A stretch of 64,000 nucleotides of DNA, from assembly GCA_004431415.1 (NCBI GenBank), contig QPMI01000619.1:57824-121823 (forward strand), in the 5' to 3' direction. Position 1 is the stretch's first letter, and each line of letters opens with the position of its first letter. The notes under the pieces are model-generated. The model had not been told where the DNA came from. It was given only the letters and a program-made list of their open reading frames with translations, and ran no database searches. A program made the translations under genes and the position numbers. Origin of the DNA: Cyanophora paradoxa CCMP329 (Eukaryota; Plantae; Glaucophyta). Shown piece after piece: positions 12,273 to 23,100 of the stretch.

Positions 12273-13372
12273 CAAGGGCGTGCCACGGTGGGCTTCAGCG
12301 GACAGGAGTATGCGTATACGTAAGCCCACCTCCAGCTCGCCCAGAGAGCAATTGGTATCCCTTTCGCAAGCCCCGGACACTCGCTACTTCCGCTAGTGCG
12401 GATGCGGAGGCGGAGGGGCGGGGCGGGCGAGAGGGCGGCGCCAACGTCCTGAACGATCTCTTCGATCGGGTCGAGGTCGATCGTGAGGCCGAGGCGGCCG
12501 CCGGCGCTCGCCCGAGCGAGGTTCTTGAGCGCTTGGATGATGTTCGTGCGGGCTTGTTGAGAGGCAGAGTCCGAATTGTCTGGGCAGTAAGATGAAGAAT
12601 CAGCAATCATGACTCGTGATCGTAAGCCGCGATCACGTGATCGTCGCACATGATTGGTCATGCATGTACATGTTGATCTCAATGTCAATGGTGAGGAGGG
12701 GCGCCCGCTCGAGAACTTAAGTGAGGGAGGCGAGCTCTTCCGCCTCGGCCGTGGGCGCCCCGCGTCGAGAGGAAAGCTCAAACGCAATGCTCCGGAGGGG
12801 AGAATGTCTTCCTCTGTGACGGATTCGTCGAACTGCGAGCGCGGGTGGGCACACGAACACGAACATAGAGCTGCGCGAAAAATGAGGAATAATTAAGTAA
12901 AGTTGATCCTGGCGCGGCCACGGACCTGCTTCAGGCGCGGGAGGCAGCGTGCGATGGCTGCGCAGTCCGCAGACGAGGCTGTGCAGTAGGGGGAAGCGAA
13001 ATAGAAATTCTCCAAATTCGTGAAGGGAGGCAGAAGGACCGCGAAATCGTTGGGCAGGTAAATTTCGCGGTCGGTGTAGGTGTGACCATTCGCGATGTAA
13101 ATGAGACTGCGCAGAATATGTCCAATACAGATCCCGAACCCCGCGAAAATCCCTAATAGAAGGCACTTGGCCCCGCACGAACACGTCGGAGCGAGTCGGG
13201 ATCGGAGGATGCATAGAGATTTATAAAATTGTTAGTGCCGATACCCGGTCAAATCTTTCTCCAAAACCCTAGGCCGCCCCCCGGACTCCAAGGGCCCCGC
13301 GCGAGGTGCGCCCCGCGCCGCGCCGACGATTCCATAGCGTACGGCTGCGTAAGGCGTGCTATTCCGTATGCT

Positions 13373-14113
13373 TTATTTCCTACGACTTTGCATCGCGATC
13401 CGATGATCGGTCGCTTCGTAGAGGGTGCGCTTTCGGGGGGTACAGCGCCTGCAGAGCGAGGCCCGCGCCCACGGGAGCTGGAGGGCCTGGTCCGACGCGC
13501 CGCACGCGAGCGAGCCGCACGCCCTCTCGAGCCTGGGCACGTCCAGGTAGTCGGCGAAAAGGATGAGCTCGGCGAGGAAGCAGAGGGCCGAGGCGGCGGC
13601 GCGGGGGTTGCCAAAGGCCCGCGGCGCGAGGGCCGCCGCGGCCGGCGACGGGTGGGAGAAGGCCACCTCGGCGGCCGAGACGAGGGAGGAACGAAAGGGG
13701 ATCCGGACGGGGGCCTCGCCCGCGTCGGAGCAGCCCGAGGCGTGGAGGAGAACGCGGCTGTCGCCCAGGAGGCCGTCGGAGCAGAGGAGGATCATCTCTT
13801 CGGCGCCGTCGGGGATCCGGAGGCCGTCGGAGCAGAGGAGGATCATCTCTTCGGCGCCGTCGGGGGGCGGCGCCGGGGGCATTTCCGCGGCGCACCGCAG
13901 GAGAACGTTCATCAACGCCTGCAAGGATGAAACTTGAGCGGGGGTACGCGTCCATTGCAAACGGGGGTACGCACGAGGAGGGCTCGAAGCGAGGCGTGCC
14001 TCGGACGCGATCGCGCCGGTGACCGCAATAGACGCGGCCGCACTGCGCACCGGAAAAGCCCGCAATCGGGCTATAGCGTGTCGAGGGAGGAAGCCCTGCC
14101 GAGGAACCTGCAC
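13373..14113 (-). CDS. Skp1/BTB(POZ)-like protein core exon; further exons probably extend toward ~12.4 kb
   Basis: MILLCSDG (Skp1 N-terminal I.L.S.DG-like) and LAELILFADYLDVPRLERAC (Skp1 LFELILAANYLDI-like). Internal ~48-bp duplication (PDGAEEMILLCSDGL x2). Confidence 0.55.
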   Translation of the reverse strand: MQVPRQGFLPRHAIARLRAFPVRSAAASIAVTGAIASEARLASSPPRAYPRLQWTRTPAQVSSLQALMNVLLRCAAEMPPAPPPDGAEEMILLCSDGLRIPDGAEEMILLCSDGLLGDSRVLLHASGCSDAGEAPVRIPFRSSLVSAAEVAFSHPSPAAAALAPRAFGNPRAAASALCFLAELILFADYLDVPRLERACGSLACGASDQALQLPWARASLCRRCTPRKRTLYEATDHRIAMQSRRK

Positions 14114-14869
14114 GCATGCGCGGCAGCCAACGTTGAACGTGTGCGCGCCAAGTCCGAGCGAGCGCGCGGATATCGATATATATATATATATATATATCGA
14201 TCTGGAGACTCTGCAGCAGAGAGGAGGGCGCCGCGGGCGGTGCGCTTAGCGGGAGCCGCACGATCCGCTTACTTAGAGGTGGCGCTGAGGCGCCTCGAGC
14301 GCTCGCTTCTGCGGCGGCGGCGAGCCGACGTGCTGCGCGAACGCGAGTCTGATGCGGGGCACGGGGCGCCAGGAGAAAGCTTTAAAGCGCACATTTAGCC
14401 TCCGTAGAGGTCTCCTGCGCTCCGGAGATCGGCACGGACCGCTCTTCGGATCTAAACGATTTGCATTAGCACACAACAACAACTACGAGGAGTTTCACAT
14501 CGCCCAATTTATCTCGCCGACTAGATAACACTGAGGACCGTCGAGTGCTGTGCTCTGTCTAAATGGTAGGTTTGGTGTTGGGCTAGCTGTATATCTAGCT
14601 ACACTGGAGGTCTGAAATAGGTTTGTAGCTAGCTTTAGCTATAGGTAGCTATTTCTCTGTAGCTAGCGCTAAGTCTGATCTGCAGCTATATATTTTGTAT
14701 ACTAGGGGCCCGGCCGCGTTTTGGCGCGCCGGGGGTGCAAGGGGGGAACCGGGATCTAATGAAAGAGTCGTAGTGGCACGAACATGCACGGGGCAGATGT
14801 AGATCGACCCCGGCCCATGGCCAGTGCGCGCGGCAGGTTGAAGTGTAAAGATAAACACAGATTATGATT

Positions 14870-17144
14870 GAACGAATGAGCCAGGGCCGCACTTTCAGAG
14901 TCACGGTGACGGGCGCACCCTCAGTTTGAATGTAAACAGTTTCGGACTGCCCGGCCGTGCGGGGGAGAACGAGGACGAGTTCGTTGATCTTGTTGAAGAA
15001 TGAGATGCAGTTGCCACGAGTAAAGCGCTGGCCCGAAGGGTGGTGTGTACGGACGCGAGTCTCGCCGCTGACAATCGCAATCAGCTTTCGTTCCGCCTCG
15101 TTCAGGCAGCTCAGCTCCTCGGGAATATAGCCGAAGTCCCACAACGCCACTGCTGTTCGCGGCATGTCGCCCGATTTGAGGGTGGGGATGCAGCGCTGGC
15201 AAAGACGAAAGTGCGGAATGTTCGATTTGCAGGCGACCTTGCAGCTGCACATCCTGCCAGGGCACGACTCGACGAAGGTGCCCGAGTCGCCTTCGACTTT
15301 GAGTACGGCTAGCATTTGCTGCAGGCCCGGCCGGCTTTCCGCTCCGGTAACGCGCTCAAAGGCCGGCGGCAGCAGCAGAGAGCCCTCGCGTTTTTCGACG
15401 CCAAGCAGTTTCTGCCACGGTGGGGGCGCCTCGATATCCTCCCTGCACCCAGATAAGTGATGCGCAATGGAAATGTAGAATAGGTTCGGAGTGCTCACTT
15501 GTACACCCAGAGGGGAGTAAAGATCTCAAGCGAGGCGGGGAAGAAGGGGCATTTGGGGAAGTCCGCGGCAGGCCGATACTCCGCGCAGCAGGCGCACGTC
15601 CAAAACGTGCTGTTTCGCGGCCACGTCTTCATCCACGTCGTAGTAAGAGCTGGCAGTGCGTCCCAAGGAGCGATATCTGACCGGCGATATCGACAATTTA
15701 GCGAGGGAATCCCGAATCCACATGTCCACGAAAATAGAATCCACCTGGAGGGTGCTTCTTCTCTTTGTGCTTCCGCAGAGAGGATGCAGAAGCGCCGCTC
15801 CAGCCGCAGCCCTCATGATCGCAGCTATGCGTGGCCCGTCTGGCCGTTCGCTTCCGGCGGCCTAACGCCGGGTCGGCTTCTTCCTCGGACGAACTGCTGC
15901 TGCATTCTGACTCGACTACGTCCTCCGCAGCCTCTGCATTGCGGGCAACGTCACTACATCGATCTGGTTCAGGAAAACATCACAAAAATTACCTCGGGCG
16001 TGTGCAGCCTCGTGCTGGCGAAGAGAAGGAGCCGACGGACAGATAATAGAGCACTGCCTGCACGGGTACTGGCCGACCGCTGCCGTTGCCGCAATAGACA
16101 TGTCGGAAGGTACAGCCTGCGGCGAGCACTTCGCACGCTCGATGTGCCGGTCGAACGAGAACTTGTCTGTGAAAAGCCGTTTGCAGGTGCTGCACGACAT
16201 CTGATGCGAACGCACTGAGGGATAGCATTAAGGACCAGGTGCCAAACGGCGCACCGCTCTCCAATGCGGCCCGGGATGTTGGAAACCGAGCCGTTGCACT
16301 TCCCGGCTCACGGATGGCTCAGTTTCGCGGGATGCGCATTCGCTTTCGCGGAAATCGGGACCATGAGTTCGGGATTGAGAATTCGGAATGCGGAATTCGG
16401 GGCTTGAGTCAGCGTGATTCAGATCGTTTTCGTCCGCGTGATTCAGATCGTTTTCGTCCGAAAACGATACACGATCAGCTGATCTCCCATTGCAGCGCAC
16501 GCGTTTCGAGGAGGTTGAGAATTCCTGCACAGCATTTCAGCAATTTGAATAAGCTTTTTTAAGTCTCGAGTTTCATCACGCACTGCGATCGACGATGGTG
16601 GCAAAGCCTGGAGGAACAAGTCATTAACATTATTCGAAATGAATATATCAGTCTATCGCAAACCTGATTGATTTGATGGGCCGGCTCTGCTCCAATGTTC
16701 CTCTCAGGAAGTTGAAACGCTCCAGGCTGAGCGTACACGTCAATGCGGGCGGGATATGCATGTCAATTAACGAGAGGGTACCGCCAGAGGAAAATGTGAC
16801 GATAAGCCTGTGGGAGGACTTCTGTGGTCTTCAGCTGCGGCGACCTGTGTATGCAATATATATATAATTTCAGACAGCTGCACGCCAACTGAAGACTGCG
16901 CACGCATGCTCACTGCTGAATTGTAAGTGCCCTGCGTGGCGATGCTGCGACTGTGCTGCCGAACATGACGAAGCAAGCTTCTGCGATAGCAGAAGTGTTC
17001 ACGGACTCCGGGCGGACAACGTAAGCAAATTCCGCCAGTGCACGACGATGAGAACGTGCATTGGGCGTCCGACGGCAGGAAATCTCGCCCAGGGACGACA
17101 TCTCCGGGCACAGAAGCGGCTGCAGATCTAGATCGCCGCCCCAT
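14870..17144 (-). pseudogene. N-terminal part of a Helitron RepHel-type protein (zinc fingers + DUF6570-like), truncated before Rep/helicase
   Basis: CSTCKRLFTDKFSFDRH and CRQCSIICPSAPSLRQHEAAH C2H2 fingers; IPEELSCLNEAERKLIA...GQRFTRGNCISF...VLPR...LKVRP. No HUH, Y2 or Walker A motif follows. Confidence 0.7.
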
Positions 17145-17539
17145 CTAGTGCGCAATCTCGCGAAGCTGCTAGCCTAGTAGCCGGGAGCAAGCACCGCCGC
17201 CAGTCGGAGAAGCCGTGCAGCGGAGTGGCAACCGCGCGCGAGCGCAACAAAAGCGCCGGGCCGGGCCGCGGCCAACGTGCTCGGCTGCGGGCAGCGGCGC
17301 ACGCAAAACTGCGGTATAAACTCGATTTCGCAGACGTATTCGGCGCAGCAAGAGATGACAGTCTGGACGGCCTGGCGTTCTCGGCTGCGATCAGCGGCGC
17401 ACTGCGGCAGCTAGCTATAGGCAGCGGTGCAAGCGGTTTTGCCGCAGTGCGGTGCAAGCTCTATCAAGCACGAGTGCCGGGCAGCGTGCTCGAGCTCGGC
17501 TGCGCGCAGCGGCGCGTGCTCCGTACGCAGTGCGGCTGC

Positions 17540-17866
17540 GGTGCAAACTTGATGCAGTCAAAAGTAGTTCATACCGTGCGGCTGCGGTGCAAACTTGATG
17601 CGTCACGGATACCGTGCGGCGTACGCGGCGCACTGCAAGGAATTCGAAGCGGAAATCTAGAGGAGACAGCTAGGAAGTACACACGCACTGTGATTGTATG
17701 CAGAACCGCGCAACGAAGAGCAAGGCGTACGCGACGCTCTGCGACGAAGCCGAAATCTAGAGGAGACAGCTAGGGAGAACTGGTTCCCAAGGCGTACGCG
17801 ACGCACTGCGAGGAAGCCGAAATCTAGAGGAGACAGCTAGCTATATATATAGGGAGAACTGGTTCC
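17540..17866. repeat. Short direct repeats in the Helentron 5' region
   Basis: GTGCGGCTGCGGTGCAAACTTGATGC x2; GAAATCTAGAGGAGACAGCTAG x3; GGAGAACTGGTTCC x2. Confidence 0.8.
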
Positions 17867-18649
17867 ATGCCGCTGATCATGAGTGCAGAACCGCGGAAGG
17901 AAGAGCCCGAAGGTAGTGAAAAATTGGTTGTCCCCTCTCAGACCACTTCTCGCGAGTTCGAGAGAGCTCTCGCGAGCTCGAAAGCTGACCGGTCCACCGA
18001 GCCAATCAGATCGCGAATAACGGCACATTTTCGTTGCAAACTGGACCTCGAAAACGGCCTCATAGAAAACTTTTGGCTGAAGCGAGGGAACGGGAAGCAA
18101 GGGGGGAAGACCTTCGGTCTTCTTTCCCCCCTTGCAACTAGGGTCCGTGAAAGTGAAAAGGAAAGGAAAGTAGCTAGGGATCCCGGCTCCCGTCTGCTGG
18201 TGTATACACCCCTATCGATTTTCGCTGCTCCACGCCAGCCCCAGCCGGGTGGGCACGGACCGCTCTTCGGAACCGCGGCTCGCGATCGACGAATTCGAAG
18301 TCAAGCCGAGCCGCCTCAAGCCGGCGCTCGAAGTGTCTTCTACGAGCATGATTAGCTATACAGTGACCGCGGAGCGAGTGTGGCCCGCACCGGCGGGCTC
18401 TGGACCGGGGGTTGCCCGACTTCGCTTCAGCGGCTCCGCGCCGGCTTCCGGATCGCTCCGCTTGCGTGAGGCTCGCGGATGCATAACCTGTTCTGAGCGG
18501 CTACAGACGCGCTCGCGTGCAGTCGGCGCGCAGCTAGCCGCCGGTGGGGGGTACGCCCCCACAAGTTCCCAGGATGTTCGAGTGAGAAAAAAAATAAAAT
18601 CATATTCGGAATCAGCACATTCTCCCGAGCCGATCTACGTAATAATATC

Positions 18650-19762
18650 GACGCCGACAGCGATCCCCGTCATCCGCCCGCGGCTCTCGTCCTGCAGGCG
18701 CCTCGAGCTCCAGCCCTTCCTCGGCTCCCTCTCCGCCGCGTTCCCGTCGTCGGGCTTTGATGCTGGCCTCGCCTGGCCCTCCCGCGGCCGGTCGGCCCCG
18801 GGCCCTTGACGGCTCGGCTCCTCGGGGTCGTCTTCGTCGTCGCCGTTCGTTGGGCTCTGGTTCCGGGTCGGACTTTTCGCCCGGTTTGACTCCTTCTGCC
18901 TCTCCTCCCCTGGCCGCTGTACCTGTCCCGCCTTCCCCGGGCCCGGTCTCTTCCCGGACTCGTGGTCGTGCCCGCCGCCGTCTTGCCGGGCCTTCATCTC
19001 CTTCTGGTTCCCTCCCTACTAGTACTGGGCCGGGGCCTCCGGCTCTCGTTCTTGATCCCGTGCCCCTCGCTTCGTCTTCTGCTTCGCCGGCTATTTCCGG
19101 CGGTACGCCGGTTCGCCCCCTTCGTCGACGTCGGCGCCCTCGGTCTTGTAGCCCAGTTCGGCCTAGTTCGGCTCGTAGTGTTGATTCTAGCGCTAGTACT
19201 CGTACTGGTTCTAGGGTTAGTCCGTGTGCTCGGCCTGTGGTTCGCCGTCGCTTGCATTTCGATTGCCCGCCTCGGCCGACTTTTGTGATCCCTTTGACTG
19301 CCCTTTTGCATGTTCTTGATCCCCCTGGTCCGCTTTCGAGCCGTTCCCCTTTACCTCGAGCTCCTTCTCCTCCGCCTCCGGATCCTCTTCGTGATCGCCT
19401 TGTTGTTCCCCTTACTTGTCTGCTCCCTGTGATATATCTTTCTCACTTCTGTCCTCCTTGGTCGGTTTCGTCTACTGTAGATCTCGGTGCTGGTTCTAGT
19501 TCTTTCTCGTGTCTCTCTATTTCCTCTTCTTTGCCTTCTAACTCTGTAGCTCGATCTCCGTCTCGGATTTTCTCGTCCGTCGTCTCTTCTCGGACTCTCT
19601 TCCTCTGCTGTCGATTTTGGCTCTTTGTCTTGTTGCTTTTAGTGCTCTTACCTTAGTTTTCTTATTTCAGTCGACGTCGTTCTCTTTGTTGTATATGCCC
19701 CCTGGGCAGCCCCCGCAGTGCTGGTGTCTAGAGGCTGTGGCCGGTAATTCACCAAAAACAAA
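18650..19762 (+). mobile_element. Longest (~1.1 kb) 5'-truncated copy of the non-LTR retroposon
   Basis: Ends CTGTGGCCGGTAATTCACC-AAAAACAAA. 14-bp TSD TACGTAATAATATC (18636-18649 / 19763-19776). Confidence 0.88.
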
Positions 19763-20179
19763 TACGTAATAATATCCGATGATCGCCAAATGACAAATAG
19801 ACCCCCCTTAGGGACTGGCACGTGCAGCCTAGCTAGCATCAAGCGATCGCGATCGCGAGCAGCTTCGGCTCCAGCCTGGCAGCAAGCGGATCTTCGAATT
19901 CTACGTCAACAGCCGCGGCGGCGCAACACACAGACCTACTATAGCTAGTGCTTGTATATATCCTGACGGAGTTTCGCTGTTCAACTTCACTGGCCATATG
20001 CATGGCGGGCCAAGCTTAAGGGAGTCGACCTTGCAATTGGGGGCGGCAAGAGGCAAGACTACTACTAGGCTAGAGAATCGTAGTAGAGATACGTTCGTAC
20101 TGCCTGTTCGAAAGCGCGATAGCGCTTGACACTACAGCGCTACACGTGGGCAATAGGTGGGCCTACGCGGCGGCTAGCG

Positions 20180-23100
20180 CTAGGCCTCGAGCTTCGAATG
20201 GCGCTGCGGCGGTACCGGACCGGTGTCGACGTCGATCCCGGTGATATCAGCTCCATTTTCCGGGAGGGGGCGTCGAGCCTCGGGGGGGCTGCCGCCCCCG
20301 CCGGGTGACTGGCCATGGGCGCAGGAGACGAGGAGGAGGGAGTCGGAGTCGGGGTCGCGGGGCTCGAAGGCGAAGCCCGGCCCCGCCCCCGCCGCCACCG
20401 CCGCCGTCACCTGCGCCTGGCATGGGCGGGGGCGGCGGGACGGGGGGCAGAGCGGGGCGGGCGAGGGGGCGGAGCGCACGTGGACGCGGGCGGGGAGGCC
20501 CGTGCGCTCCATCTCGCCGGCGTCGTCCGCCGCGGGGCCGACCAGCTCCCACGTCCACCGCTTCGTCCCAACGACGGCCCCCGCCGCCCGCCCCAGCCCC
20601 ACCCCAATCCGCGCCGCGATCTGCCCCCCGTCAGCTGCACCCAGCCGGCGCCGGCCATGGCCGGCGGGCGGGCGGGCCCTCGCACCGGCTCCTCTACGAG
20701 GCGGCCGCTGCCCTCTCCGAAGTCCGCCGCGCGCTCCCGCCCGTCCCGCCGGGGCCGACGCGCAGCGAGCCGCTCATAGGCGCGGCGCGCCGCGCGAGGA
20801 CGCGGGTCCGCTCGTAGAGGGCCCGCATCTCGTCAGCGGCGCGCAGCAGGGCGCCCACCTCCCGCGGGCCCGCGGGGCCCTCCAGCCCCACCGCCCCCAC
20901 CCACGAGTCTGCGCGCCGCCGCCGCCTCAGCAACGGGGGGGCCAGGGTGGGCGGCAAGGGGAGGGGCGGGGCGGACCGCCGGCGGTGCGGAGGGTCTGGA
21001 CGCCGTGGCGCTCGGCGATCTCGTCGCAGGCCGCAAAGAGCGCGTCTGGCGGGGCGCACATGAGACAAGCGGGGCGGGGCGGGGCGGGACGGGACGGGGG
21101 GCACTGAGGGCGTCGACGAGGCGATGCGGGTCGGTGCGGGCGCTGAGCGCCGAGAAGCCGACGATGTCGCTCTGCAGCACCGCCACGCTCTCGAACTCCA
21201 TCGTCTCGAGCTCGCTGCCGCCCGGCCCCGCGTGAGGCAAAGCGCGAGGCGGCGGGGGCGCCGGGGCACACGCGGAGGCGAGGGGGTTGTCGGGGCCGCC
21301 GGGGCCCGGGGCGAGGGGCCAGGGGGCGGGGAGGCGGCGGAGGACGGCGCGGGGGAGGCAGAGGTCGAGCAGCGCCCGCGTGTCCGCCTCCGCCTCCGCC
21401 GCCACCCGCGCCTCCCGCCCCGCCCGGCCCCGCAGCTCGAAGCCCCTGCGCGCCAGCTGTAAGCTCGAGCTCGAAACACATGTACAAGCACATCGACGAG
21501 ACGTAACCTAACGAAAGAACGACACAAAGTGAATGAAAGCTCAAGCTAAGCACCTGCGGGCCTCGGCCTCGCGGAGGTATCCCACGGCGCTGACGGCGGC
21601 GGCGAAGAGGCCAAGCCAGATAGGCACGAGGTCGCCCTGGCGGCTCGCGAGCGTCGCGAGGGAGCTCAGGAGGATGGCCGCGACCCACACCTGGCTTGTA
21701 TGTTAGCTTTCATATTAAAGAGCTAGGGCGTGGTAAGAGATCTAGATTTAGATCTAGAGCTTAGCAAGAAAGAACAATAGAAGCCGTGGTAAAGAGCTTT
21801 CAAAGAGCCAGATCTAGATCTAGATCTAGAGCTTAGCAAGAGAGAGCAACAGAAGCCGCGTCGCGCCTGTAAGAAGCGCATTGCCAATAATAAGAAGCGC
21901 GCTTATACTTGGCATTCAAAGAGCTGGAGCGTAATGACAAAGAACAATAGAATTGAAGTCGCGCCTGGGTCTGCCAGAAGGGGAGGAGCCCGACAGAGGC
22001 GGCAAAGACGAGGGCGAACGTCGCGTCGGCGTCCGCCATCTGGCCAATAAAATCAAAGTGAATCAGAAGGGAAGAGATAGAAAGATCAAAGGCAAAGAAG
22101 AGGTAGCTTGAGTTCGTTTTTATAATTAGTTCGTTGTTATAATAAGTAGTTATAATTAGTTTACCGTTCGCGCCGCCGCTGAGAGGGCCGCCACCTCCAA
22201 GCCGACGAAGCCGAAGGCGTGGTCGAGGTACGAGAGGACGGGGCCGGCGGCGACCGCCGCCACCTGCGCGTGCACCGCCGCCGCCGCGACCCTGCGCGCA
22301 CACGCAAAGGCTCGGCTCGGCTCACGTCGCGATATCGCTCGGGTGCGTCTGCATGTGCTCGTTCGCGCGCACCAGCGGAGGCGGCGGCGGAGGGGGCCGT
22401 GGGAGCGCGAGAGGAGGCGCGAGGCGGCGAATCCGGCGGCGAGGACGGCGACGGAGGCCCCGCGGAGGGCGTAGCGCCCGCGGAGCTCGGCCGAGGACCC
22501 GAGGGCGTTCGCCAGGTACTTAAGGAACTGGATTACGATAAATTGAAGGACGCCTGAGTTCTAAAAACGAATCTAGAGGCGAAGCAAATTCAAGGTTGCA
22601 TTTAGACTGTGGAATTGATATCTAATTGAAAAACCGCGCCGTGATACACACGGAATCGAAGCCATTCTGTATAGCCATAGCCATACCATAACACCATGGC
22701 CATCTAGATCTAAAAGACACTAATTATAAAGCGCAGTAAAATGGCGCACGGGCATGAGGGCGGCGTTGAGGGCGGCGCAGAGGAGGAGCAGCCGGACGCC
22801 GCCCGTCCGGCTCCGCCGCGTCGCCGCGATGTACGCCGCCTCGTCCTTCGAATTCGAATTTAATTTGAATTTCGCGTGTCATCCTCGAATGAATTTCGCG
22901 GTTTCGAAACCGATTTCGCACCTCGCGGTTTTCGAAGGCGAGTCGCCACCAGGGGCGGGCCCGGGCCCGGGCGCGCGGGGACGGGCCGCTGCCCGCGCCG
23001 TCCGGACCCTTCCCGCTCCTCTCTAAATCTTCCGCAGAGGCACAGCCATCAACTCGCAGTTGCTCGACCTGCACGCGAAAAATGCGTCGGGCGACGAAGA

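Larger units (their letters stand above)
14702..18138 (-). mobile_element. Internally deleted Helentron/Helitron2-like rolling-circle transposon
   Basis: 3' end: TTCCCCCCTTGCA subTIR, GC hairpin (14708-14733), CTAG|T. 5' end: complementary subTIR at 18124-18136 within a stem-loop (18097-18136). Coding remnants: C2H2 fingers, TCACC motif, DUF6570-like domain. Confidence 0.7.

Noticed and set aside
11776-12398. Second CACTA element (CACTAG...CTAGTG)
   Set aside because: Inverted match is only ~6 bp and the flanks (ATC vs CGG) give no TSD.
14528-14620. Hammerhead ribozyme (CTGAGGA ... GAAA)
   Set aside because: Could not form the three stems around the core with correct spacing.
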